Source of the DNA: Paragordius varius
Taxonomy: Eukaryota > Animalia > Nematomorpha
Assembly (NCBI GenBank): GCA_964247055.1
Contig: OZ176051.1
Span: 6,448,001 to 6,512,000 of the forward strand
Reading direction: 5' to 3'
Length of the DNA: 64,000 bases
The position numbers were made by a program, and so were the translations under genes. Positions 1 to 12,625 of the stretch are shown here, in pieces (position 1 is the stretch's first letter; each line of letters begins with the position of its first letter). The notes beneath the pieces are model-generated. The model was not told where the DNA came from. It saw only the letters and a program-made list of their open reading frames with translations, and did no database searches.

Positions 1-44
1 TATTTTGCAAAAAAATATTAAAACTATCAATAAATTTTTATTTG

Positions 45-330
45 ATGCAGGTTGGGTAGAGTAAAAAAAGTGAAAGATTTGGGGATAAGTTCAGATAGCT
101 TGATCAGATAATTTGAGAAAGAACAGCAGTTGGTGAAAATTTCAAGCGTGGATGCGATAAAAATATTGAGGTTAGAGTGAAAATAAGATATATAGTTCAG
201 TTGTTAGGCCCACAATGATGTATAATTTACAGACATGGAGCGTCGAAAAATCCGAATAAAGTCATTTTAACGTTATGGAAATGAAAATGCTTAGAATGAT
301 GTGTGGGTTAACAAGAAAGGACAAAGTTGA

Positions 331-366
<36 letters not shown>

Positions 367-400
367 GTGAGAGCACAGATGTTAAATAAATCGATAACAG
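45..400 (+). mobile_element. Decayed RTE-clade non-LTR retrotransposon fragment (RT C-terminal region), inside a SMG5 intron
   Basis: Frameshifted translation gives CDKNIEVRVK / IYSSVVRPTMMY...TWSV...VMEMKMLRMMCGLTRKDKVEN(YI)nRE, which matches the RTE/BovB motif pattern LCDK...KIYKTVVRPAMLYG.E.W...AEMRMLRWMCGVTRKDRIRNEYIR. Stops and frameshifts are present. Confidence 0.8.
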
Positions 401-675
401 AAAGAATTTAATAAAATAGATAGCAAAAACAATAGAAAGTCTTATAGTTAAAAACGGTGCGCCTTAAAGAAAGATGGACACAATAAAGTACTAGAAAATT
501 ACAAACTAAAAGCTGAAGACGCTATAGAGAAAGTTCTATGACGAAACAGCCTATCTAACATCGCTCTGACAAATGAAAACATGCAAGTGATAATATTTTA
601 AGGTTAGTTACTTAAATAATGTAATCAATTACATTTTGCATTAATTTTTTTGAAAAAAATTTTTGCCATTCATAC

Positions 676-3600
676 CGATGATGTTTTGGAAACTAACACG
701 TTAGCTTCACATTGTAATCTGAGGTCACCCATTAATCTCATGAGTCGCTTTTTTTCGTCCAAAGCTAATCGATTATTATTGATTGAAACTTCAGATAAAT
801 TTTCATAATCTTTTACATCGTGGGTGCGTAAGTTGACATTTTCAGTATTTTTATAATCATCATTTTTATACATTTTTAGACCTGTGCTTGTTTTAATGCT
901 TATTGGGTAGTTTGACGGTTTCAAACTTGTACTAAGATGTTCCAAATCCTCATTTATTTCATCCACTCTATTCTAAAAAAATTTAAAATGACCATTTTTT
1001 TCAATATATAATTAATGATTTCACTTATGGTCTAATTATAAATTGCAATATACATGTCCCTTTTTTTATTTTTCATTATATCTTTCTTATTATGATAATC
1101 TAACGCTTTCAATAATAAATATCTATATGCTTAGAACATTAAACTAAAATTATTTTTAAAAATAATAAGGTCATAAAGTATCGGCTTTAAAAATAAAATT
1201 AAAAGGTGGTTTTAAATACCTGAGCAGCTCTCTTTATACTTCTAGTTTTGCGTTCCTTTTCCGCAATGGTGAATGTGTTAAAAAATTGATCAGTATCTTC
1301 ATCGTAAAGCACATCAATGTCCTTTATATTGGCAACGTAATAGGCAAATTGCCGGAGTTGCATGATACGAATCAAAGCCTATATTAATTTTTTTGTAAAG
1401 AACAAATAAAAAATATTATCTTAACACTCCTTATATTAGTTATATTTTTCCGCGTTACTTTAATAAAAAAAATATCAAATCATATTTGGATTTAGAATAA
1501 ATGTTTGCAATATAGGTTAACCTCATATTCTGGTTTCATAGGAGGTATGTCAAAAGCACTAAGATTTAGCATGTGTGTTTGAGAAGCTTTTAATGGCATA
1601 CAACCATAGAGATAGATATCTTCCGTAAGACTTATAAAATTACGTTTTCCATCACAGTAAAGTTGTGAGAAACGATCATAAAAGGATAAATTTGTCGAAT
1701 CTATCATTGCGATTGGACTGTTAATTCGATCACTTCGTTGACATAGTAATGGTTTTGGTCCTCGGCTGTCATAACTTTTTATTGCATCTGTTGTAAGGAA
1801 GGGGATAAAATGAAATTGTGGCTTATTTATTCGGACATAAATAAATATATAATAGAAAGAAAAGAAATTATGTAAATTACGGAAATCTAAAAAACGCAAT
1901 CATTTGGAGTATTATTTTATCAAAAGTTTTTCGTTTAAATGGAATTTTTACATTCAAAAGCAACATAAAACCAATATCTTTTCAAACAAACGAATTTTAT
2001 TAAATGCAATATCAACATTATTTCCCATAAAAATATTTTTCCTTGATTTCAATAGAAAAAAATGTACTAAAAGAGTTAATTTTAAAGTAATTGAACCGAA
2101 AATTTAAAAAACCCATTAATATAATAAAAATGTTACGTTACCTCTGGAAAACACTCCAGATTCCAATAAGGTATCCCGATGAAATTTGATATATGGCGAA
2201 TGTAAAAAAAGGTATTCCTTTAGTTCATGAAACATTTCTAAGGCGTGATATTAGATGATATAAAGAAACATATTTATGCAAAAATAAAAATGTAAAAATA
2301 TGATTTTTTTACTCAAATCTTTGATATGATTCTCGTTCGGCAACACATTGAAAAATGAAACAAAACTCGTCCATAAAGATTGGCAACTCTATATAAATCA
2401 TAAAAATTAGAATCCATAATATATTTTAAAGTAAAAATCTGTTTCCTCGTCTCAATATCAATCACCGACAATCACTAACAAACATATATTTCCAGTAAGT
2501 TATTAACTTTTTCGAAAAACGTAATATTTTATTTGACTGACAAAAAAGTGTTTTAAAGTGTACAAGCAATTAAGATTTTTAGTTTGATAAATATGCGCTT
2601 TAAATAAAAAACAATTTATCAAATACGCTAATGTAAAAGAAAGAAATAACCTTAGAGCACATTAAGAGTACTTCATTATGACTTTCAAGCCAATAACAAA
2701 ATATTTTAACGATTGGAAGCAGGGATTCCCCCTCCATTATTTCAATCAATTTTTCTATGATAACCATTGAGGAAGCATTGCTCGTTTGAGATGATGCTAT
2801 TGATTTATCTGTCGGTTTTAAAGGGTTTCCTCCCTCCTTCGAAGTGTCTTGAGACGTTTGAAAAGTCAAACTCCCTTGTCGTTGACTAATGACGGATATT
2901 CGATCAATACTGCCCAAATCTGATTGACAAAAATATATATATAACATTAAATAATTTTATAATGACCATTTTTATGAAATTTTGGTGGAGCACACATAAT
3001 TTGTATCGTGTTAAAGAGTATCAAAACAAGTATAAAACTAGCATTCTATGATTATGTTGAGGTAAAAGTATGATTTATCATTATTTTCAGCAGTTAATTT
3101 TTATGTCTTAAATGTTTCCAAGACAATGTAACAATTCTTCTTGGTAATTTGATATAAGAGATTCTATTTGGTTATTAAAAATGTTTTCCAAGATAATTCA
3201 GAAAAATTATACTAAAATTTAAGTTAATACCTGTGTTCATGCTTTATTACTTAAAATGTGATCTAAAATTTCTAATTTTAGACTCTAAATTAAAAAAGTT
3301 AGGTATAAATAACAACTATATGTAAATTATATTTATAAAATTATACGATCACTAGTAACAAAAGGGGTGTGTCAAACATTATATCACAAGATATTTTATT
3401 GTTTGGTTTCACAAATTTTTGATAATTTATAAATTTACATCAGCATTTACCATAAATTTCATTCAAGCATTGAGCGGAATGTTTTATCGATGTTGTGGTA
3501 GAAACTTTGTCACTCTTTTTCTTTGCCACTGTCTTTAAACTTAGTGATTTGCTGCGTCTTTCTTTAGCGGACGGACTTTTTAAGTATCTCCTTTCTTCAT

Positions 3601-6600
3601 TTTCTGGCAAATGTTTGATTGAATTCGATGTAACTGATTGTGTTGATTTATTCTCGTCGGATTCAGATACCTCATCTATGAATAAAAAAATTTAAAATTT
3701 TAATTTTACTGTTAATTGTGGATAATTGAAATGATCCATTCATATTACAGTGAAATTTAGAAAAATATAACATAAAGGTGCAAGGTAAAGTCTAATAAAG
3801 CCATTCATATTAGATAAATAAACGACTGTTATTTCGTTTTAAGTCAATGTACTTTTAAATCCTTAGTTTTTAATATAAAGTTTATATGGATAAGCTTATT
3901 TGTGTGATGTTAAAAAAACCCTTACATTTAAATTTTACAGCCCGAGATTTAACATCTTCTATAATAAAATATTAATTATTTAAAATATGGTTGATTTAAA
4001 ACAGACAAATTGCGGCATTATAAAAAAAAAGTAATTTTGCTTTAAATTTTGCCGCCTCATTCAGAATTTCTGCTGTTTTTTTAATTCAAAAACATCATAT
4101 AGTTTTAAAAATAAATAATAAAACTTTAAGAGGTAAACATACCACTTTCATCCAAATATTCAGAGTTGTCTTCATCTGATTGCATGCTAAGACTTTCATC
4201 ATCGGAATAATCTAATTCTCGTCTTTTACGAATTTTTCTATTTTTAGAATACGTTGCATCTAACCAAAACTCATCAGTCTCTATCTGAGTACTATTAATT
4301 AATTCCATGTGTCTAATAATGGTATCAAAAAATTAACATTATTTGATACAATAAAACTACTCACCCTTATAATGAGCTCATTAATAATTTATTACTCATT
4401 AAAATAACTTATTGGTCATGGTAATTATTTTTTCCAATTTTCAATCTTGAATGCCTAATAAAAAGTGTACCTTTCCATAAAATAATTAGTTTGAGTTTTT
4501 TTGGGCTTCATTCTCTTATATCAAGAGGTAAATGCATATATTTTTGTCAAATTTGCGTTTTTAAAAATATATAATTGCATCAAAAATCAGATAAGAAATC
4601 GTTGTTAAATAATGAAAAAATAATTTTTTGAGATGTCATACTTTTCTATATAGAAATAGCTTATTGATCAATATTACTTATAACTACGGCAATCATAAAT
4701 TAACAATAGATACGAAATAATACTTGATTTAATCAAAAATGTTGTTAATATTAAAATATAATTACCGTGATTTATCACTTCCAGTAGCCGAATTTAAAGA
4801 TTTTTCCTGTGAAAAATAATTAAGTATAAAAATAAACTTCTATCTTATTGTCATCCATTAGAGGCATATCATCTAAATAAAAAAATAAGAAAATAGAATG
4901 GATATAAAAAAGGAATATTCATATTTGTATAGATTTTCATGAAACCAATGTGACTTTAAAGTTCTGAAAAACTCAAAATTAACCTTTAAACACTTTAACA
5001 TCGCTCTGTATTCCAAAAATACGCCTTAAATATTATTATCCCGCAAACAATTATTTGTGGGGCTAGATACAGTTTCAATTTTATTTATTTCTAGTTCTTA
5101 AAAAATATATATTCGAAACTATAAACATAGTGGGTTTTTTTCAAAACTTTTTTGTAGATATTTTGCAAGCATGTAAAGATAAAAAATTATCCATAATTAT
5201 ATATATTGGAAACTAATTTTTATTTTCAGGAATAACAAACTGATATAATAATCTAGAAAATGGATGACTAAAACATATTTTAATTTTCTTCAAAATAATT
5301 TAGCTCATTTTTAGGGTTAATTTAAATTTGGTCAATACACGCAGTAGAGATAAAACGCGAAAATTAATATACAAATTTTTGAAACATTTTAAATCTTTAT
5401 ACTAACTTAAAGTGTTTGAGTTTGAAATTAATAGATGTAGATTATCATAGCATATCAATTATTTCACAATAGGCTATGTAAAGGAGTCTGATACGTCTTT
5501 ACTAAAAAAATTGTCCATAGATTTTTTGATAATTTTAATTTTTTCCTGTAAAATAAAAAAAAACCTCGTTTCTCATGAACCATATCCGAACTTTTTAACA
5601 AATCTTCATGATGAGCAAGCATAAAAGTACGAATCTTTCGATGTAAATTACTGACCACAGCATTAAGTATATAAGTACAAAATCCAATGGTAAATGCTAC
5701 GGCTAGCGACAAATTATTTGAACCTTTGAAGATAAATTTATACCATAAAAAATATATTAAAGCTTGTTTTTATTTGGTATGTTCTGAGAAAAATTTTAAT
5801 AAAATATGACACATTATTTAAATAAGTTTAAGGAAAAAATAAACATATTAGAATATATATAACATATAAATTTAACATATTTAACATGCTAACTCGAAAA
5901 ACATTTTAGATGTAACAAATAAAAACAATACTCATATATTTATTCAATTAGATTAATTTAATAATTATCCGCTTTTAATAATCACTTTTAGCTTATATTA
6001 AATTTTTCTTCAATTTTTATTCCAATTACTCGGTTACTAATGATTAACTGGCTATATATGATCAAGAATGCCTTAAGTATTTTTAAGCTAAACGCCTCTA
6101 TGCTTTATTTTAATCTAAAACTCAATCCTAGTTTAACTACTGTTTTCCTGGATAAATTTATCACAATAAATAAATGTTCGTAATACCAACCAGTATTTTG
6201 TAGTACAGTGATTAGGAGAAAACATAGAGTTGTCATTTGCAATACTATCCGTGCATTTAAACATTCCTCCCCAGGTTTTGCATAATAACGGTCATTTAAA
6301 AATGTTATCCCTACTGCTATTGTAGTCTGTTGATTTTCGTCAATTTTTGAATCAATCATATTTGAATTATTTTTTTTCGCCTTAAAATGTTTATCCAATT
6401 CAGTGGAAAAAAGGAGGAGTACATCTTGACCCAACATTTGTAATGCTTTCATATCCAATCTTGTTAGAAAAAAACACATATTTTTTATGAAAACCCAAAA
6501 CAAAGTTTATTGTATAAATTTTGTTAACATATTTTGTTTACTTTAATTCTTCATTGTAAAATGCATCGAGGAAATAAATAAATTTAATCGCTAGTAAGGA

Positions 6601-7834
6601 CATTGGGTTGTATCTGTAAAATTGTAAGAAAATTTATAATTTTAATTTAGGTTTAAATTATTTTAGAAACATTGCAAAGGAGCTTAAAAATTGATGGATC
6701 TAACAAATCCTATATTGATCTTATGAATAACTGATGTATGTAATCAAAATATAATAAAAAACAGCTAAACGTAAATATAAAAACAGATATAAAGATAATA
6801 ATTAAGTGTAAAAATATTTTTGATAGAAAATATGCCATCCATTACAAAATTAATAGTTAACAAAAAAACACATCACTTTACAGAAGGGTTAATATTGGAG
6901 CCCGCAAGAATTTTCAAAAAATATTAAATAATTAAAAAAAGGCAAAAAATGTTCAAAATGGTAAGGTAATAAATATATTGTTTTCGTATTTTTTTTACAG
7001 TCGTATGTCTGAATAAAAAAATATTGGCCATATAATTTGCGTATGCTGCCCGTAAAGTTTTCAAATCGAAAATGCGGGCCGCGCAACAATTAGTGTTGAA
7101 TATATAGACAAAAAATAAAAACAAAATTAACTAGATATATATAAACATATATATATATATATATATCTATATATAATATACTGTTGGCGAGCAAAAAACG
7201 TATTTTTCATGACTTGTTTGTACATTGGGCGAACGCGGTCAAAGATTCGTTTCAAATTAGCGTGAGCCCCTTCAAAACTTTGTATACTCAGAGTACTAAT
7301 ACATAAAAATATTTTAAATTAGAAAACAGTGCTTATAATAAATTATTTTATTTTATTGTCTTAAGAATAGACCTACAAATATCTAACGTTTAAAGTCATT
7401 CATATATTTTTAAATTGAATTATTGTGAATATTTTTGTGTGTTAAAAAGCCATCAACTGTTCATATGCTTTTTGGGGCCAAAAGAATTATAATTCAATAT
7501 ATTGCATTGAGCTAAAATAAGAGATTCATCGAACACAAATTTACCATTAATCTTAAGTATATTAGTTATGTCAAATAATTATACCTTTTAAATTATTTTT
7601 AAAAATACTTATATATAAAATTTTATCGCATTTAATAATTGTAATTTACAAAACACTCCTACTTTTAATCAAAATAATAAAAACATGCTTATTATTTATG
7701 TGGTCTCATTTTGGCAAAAATAGGGATTTGAGTTTTAAAAAAAATTATACCAGTTCATGTAATGAAAGATTGAGGAGAGACCTTGATAACGCCCATTATA
7801 CAATGTTCCCAATTGACTGTGAGGCATTCCTAAG

Positions 7835-7868
<34 letters not shown>

Positions 7869-9623
7869 AAATATTAAATAATATTTAATATTGTTAGGGA
7901 GGCGTTGTGTAATAAAATTTTGTAATTTGTCATTAAATTTTATATTGTATTTAATTACATGATAAATTATAATTTGAATAATTAACAATGGTTCAAATAT
8001 GCCTAAAAAATCTCTAGTCTACATTGTTTAATAAATATGTTTCATGGCCAATTTTTAAAGTTTTACTATATTATACAGTACTAACCACATGGATCAAATT
8101 AACAAATAAAATAGTGACTTTATAAATTTAATTTCTCCCATTTTAGTTAGATTATGTAATTTATTTTAAGCCTATAAGCGGTCTTTATTCAGTCTTAATG
8201 CTTATCTTAAGATATATAGAATTGATTTTTAAACGAGGCCAAAAATAAAAATAACTAAGCACATGTGAGCACAATGTGCAAAAATTTTGAGATTCTGGCT
8301 TACTCAAAAACATTTTTATATCGAAATATTTTGTAAGTATAACGTTTATTTAATTTGGACCAATTAAACCTTATTATACGAATTCTAGGGCTATAAATTA
8401 GGGTCACTTTTGCCTAAATTAAAATTTTGAATAAAAGTTGCGCAACACAATATTGTGTGTAAATATACACATGAAACAGTTTTAAGAATTAGAAAAGATA
8501 TGTGGCAATAAAAGTTACGTACATTTTAACTTAACCAGAGAGCCTAAATCCATCTGTCAACATCTTAAAAACAACATAAAAAGAGCCATAATTTTACTCA
8601 TTTATATGTAAAAATATATTTTTCTATATTTTAGTTTACATTTCATAAAGCACAAAAAACTAAAAATTATATCAAAAACATATTAAATAACAACAATCTC
8701 AAAAATTAAACTGTTTTGTTTTCAAATTCGATAATAATAGACCGAATGTATTTTACAAAACAATAAAAATAATAAAAATTAAATGATATAAACTGTTTAT
8801 TAAATTTTTTTTTCATATGGATTTAGAAAAGCAAATTAAACATAAAAAGGTGTTAATTTTGCCAAAAATAAAATTAATAATAATTGTAAAAAATTAAACC
8901 TAAATCTGGTATGATCATTATGGCTTTATGATAATATTTTTCCGCAACAACCGAATATTGTTGATATCTGGTTTCATCAACGTCAGCTAAATATCTAACT
9001 AAAATTAGTAAATAAAAAAAAATAAAATAAAACCTAAATCACCCAAATATATCAAAGTTTGATGCGCTATATTAGTTATTTTCAAGTTTTCAGCTGAGTC
9101 CATATCTTTTTTTATACCTATGATTTATATTTAACAAAAATAAATACTAGCTTCGGTAAAGAAGTTTATGTTGGAATTTAGAACAAACGAGGAAACATCA
9201 TCAATTTTCACATGATTATTGCCGGTTTGAATAATTGATAGAATTTTTTGATAATATCCGATTGATGCAAAGGTGTAACCAAAAAAGGATACATAAAATA
9301 GGGATTTTTCAGGCAAAGAATTACGCTTTATTTTAATCAAAATATACTTTAATGTCTTTTTTCATATATTGTAAAGGGTCATATATTGCTTTTCTCCAGA
9401 TAATTAATTCCACACTTTTATATTCATCATATCTACTCTTTTTTAAAAACTCTAGCCCTATATTTTTCAAACTGAAATTAATTTTAGCAAACTTTTCGCG
9501 TAAGTTTAGGATATCACTCCCAAAAATTTTGCTTGAACCTTCGTGGGTTTTAACGTAATGATCAATTTTGTTTGTAATAATTTGAATGCTGTTTGTAATA
9601 TTTGCAGCCTTTTGATCGTACAT
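676..9623 (-). CDS. SMG5: Nonsense-mediated decay factor SMG5 (EST1B-like), multi-exon; C-terminal PIN exons lie beyond the window start
   Basis: Exon peptides match SMG5 in order: ELIIWRKAIYD (ELLWRKVYYE), ASIGYYQKIL (AGIGFYQHLL), AHQTLIYLGDL (CHRCLVYLGDL), AEKYYHKAIMIIPDLGMPHSQLGTL, SFEGAHANLKRIFD, LAVAFTIGFCTYI, ESLLPIVKIFCYWL, CQSLWTSFVSFFNVLP, LTEDIYLYGCMPL, RLMRLMGDLRLQCE. GT-AG sites flank the exons examined. ATG at 9623; last donor in the window at 675. Confidence 0.92.
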
Positions 9624-9719
9624 CAACTTTCATGTGGTTCAATTTTTATAAGGTGCATACCGCATGTTAATTATATTCAGGATACACAATGATTTGATTT
9701 AAATTGGAATGGTTGGAAA

Positions 9720-12560
9720 CCCAGGCCTGTTTAAAATTAAAAACTTTAAAAAGTATGGAAGCAACTGAAACCATGGCTAAAGTTTGCACTTAAAATCATT
9801 AATGAACCGAAGTTTAAAATTATTAAAAAATACTTGGAATTACTTTTAAGGTAACCAAAGATGATAATATGGCCAACAGACCTGTGTACATTGCCTAAAT
9901 ATATAAATACAAAATAAACCAGCTTTTTTGTTTTTATGGCAGTAGTAATTTATATATAAATTTAACATAAATTTTAGCTTTAAAGTTAACACATCAATCC
10001 ATGGTTAAGTTGATATTTTTTAAAAACTACTGAAAAAAACGATTTAATTTAAATTTATGCTTTTATCCTAAAAATATTAATTAAATAAGCCAAAATATCT
10101 AAATTTATGTTCGCGAAATTCCGTGTCACCAACTTAGACGCCATTATCTTTGCGAAATATTGTTTTTACTTGATTCTAAGCCTAAAATTAAGCATAATTT
10201 TTTTAAAATTATGGGTCGGGTGATAAAAAAATTTTTTTGACTTGACTGGCAAGTTTTTCAAGTCGTGGCTTGCTTTCATGTGATAAAAAAAAATTAACAT
10301 TACACGACTTAAGTCAAGCGAGAAAACTTGATGATGAGGTGATAAAAAATCATATGTTCAAGTAAAACTTAAAGATTTTGCAAGTGTGGTGTAGGGCACA
10401 CTTGACAGATTTAAAAATATGGATAAAATTATTTTGGAAACTATTTATGTGCAAAATTTAGGTTTAATATGTAATTCGAACCTTTGTTATTGCTATAAAT
10501 TGTTAATTTGATAAATTTTGGTTAATTAATCCATTCATTGGGTGGATACAAAAGAGGATAAATTTATAGAAACACTCTGCTAATATTAAATAACAAGGCA
10601 CATAAAAATATGCTAAATATATTAATTCCGTGACCGAAAAAAATTAGATTCTCGAAGATTTCTAAAATTAATAATTAATATTAATCTTGTAAAATTTCAA
10701 ATCTTTGTTTAATAAAAGCAAAACTTCACTTTAACCAATTTAAAGAATTTATTTCATCATAAATTTATTTCGAATGTAATGTATATAATCAATTAAAAAT
10801 AATTATGTTATGTTGTATAAACATCTTCCCATTATATTTGCAACTGGACTCCAAACAAAATAAGTAGTGTGGTAAAATAATGGAAAGTGTTCTAAGGGCG
10901 AATGGTTTCATTAATCTAAAAATTAATACCAGGCTCACAATTTAGAAACTCTATAATATTAAATAAGATACGTGCTAGTGAGTTTGAAAAAACTTCAATA
11001 AATGCATATTGTTTAATTGTTTATCTTTTTGTGCCTTATTTCATAAATTTTAGCTAAAAATGATTAAAAAAAATTCCATAAAATCCGAATTGGGTGGCAA
11101 AAAACTGTTACATTCATAAGGAAAAGACTTGACTTAAGTGTTATTTTTATCACCGATCTTCAAGTGTACACTTGCTGGCTTAAGTAATCTTGCTCAACTT
11201 GCCACGCTTGGCTTACAAGTCAAGTGCGACTTTTTTTATCACCCCACCCTATATTTAACATTTATGTAAACAAAAAAGTCGTATATTTTGCATTGTTATT
11301 ATATTGAGCTTTTGCACACATGTCATGATGTCTAAATTTTTACCTTTGGGTTTTACCTCTCAAAAGGTAGTATCAAGTATAGAAATATTTTATCACGTTC
11401 GGTTTATAATTTATAAATGTGCAAACTTTTGCCATGGTTTCAATTTATTCCATATTTTTTATGTATTTGATATTAAATAAGCCTGGGGTATCTAACTACC
11501 CAATTTGAATCGAAAAACTGAAAGGATGTTGTATCCAATAAACACGATATTTTCAAAATGTAAAATAAAAATGGTGAATAAGTTTGCCATGTAATTTTTT
11601 TTTAAACTAAAATTTATTTAGATATTTCAGCTCATTTATATAATATTTATTAACATAAAGCATATAATTAAATTAAGACCGTTTCCTTAGCGATTTCATA
11701 CCGTTTCCATCATGGCTACGCTAGTGTAGATAAAATAATCGCAAATAAATATAGTCGGGAGTATTTGGACACATTTGGAAAGTGTTATATAATGACATAA
11801 ACAAAAACATAACCAAAAATGATATTGTTGAGCCAAAATTAAATAAATTTAATAGTCAAGAATATGCAAATACCTCTTAAACATTTCAATTAAATTAGAT
11901 GGATCGTATTGATGAGTTGCTAAATATGCGTAAACCTTTTTAGATTTTGATATAATCTGAAGCGTGAGGTATTTTGAATGGTGGAAACAGTAAAACACTT
12001 TAAGATATTAAAAAAATTCTATAAAACTTGATTATTTTGATTTTTTTATCCCCTCTTTAAAACTTGATGAAATATATATGTGATATTGAAATTTTGGATT
12101 ATCATGGTGCTTTTGATCTGCCGTTATGAATAGATTAAAACTTGGATACAGCACATTCATTTCAGTCTTTCTATTCGAATTGATTGTGTAACCCCATGCT
12201 TACTTCAAATATGGAAAGAATTGAAAGCATGGCAAAAGTTGGCACCTATATAACATTTATGAACCAAAATATAAATAAATTCATTTAATATACTTGACAC
12301 TTATATTAGAATTTAAGGTTAAAACTTGGTCAACATGAAATGTCTTTATTAGCTAATAATTAAAATAAATACATATCATTTAAATAAAATAAGCTTATAT
12401 TTTAGTTTTAACACTTCGATTCAAATTGGGTTATCTAAATACCCCAGACTAAATTTCAGTTAGGATTTTTAAAAAACTACTGAAGGAAACGGTCCCAATT
12501 TAAATTTATGCTTATATTCTGGTACAAACTAAATAAATATGCCAAAATATCTAAAAAAAT
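9720..12560. repeat. Cluster of degenerate dispersed and inverted repeats (MITE debris) between the divergent SMG5 and MRPS27 starts
   Basis: About 9720-9815 is the reverse complement of about 11395-11490; about 11610-11690 is the reverse complement of about 12475-12555; about 10010-10110 resembles about 12465-12560. Confidence 0.65.
10213..11249. mobile_element. Non-autonomous TIR element of about 1 kb
   Basis: Termini GGGTCGGGTGATAAAAAAA and TTTTTTTATCACCCCACCC are inverted copies, with subterminal GTGATAAAAA and GACTTAAGTCAAG motifs on both sides. No ORF. Confidence 0.6.
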
Positions 12561-12625
12561 TTGTTTTGAAAAAAAAGTTCCAATTTTTCATACCCCTAGA
12601 TTTTTCACGCAATGTAATTTAGCAT

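Noticed and set aside
6924-7124. ORF with KTLRAAYANYMANIF as the SMG5 exon
   Set aside because: The overlapping frame (IRKLYGQYFFIQTY) matches SMG5 better and fits the splice phase.
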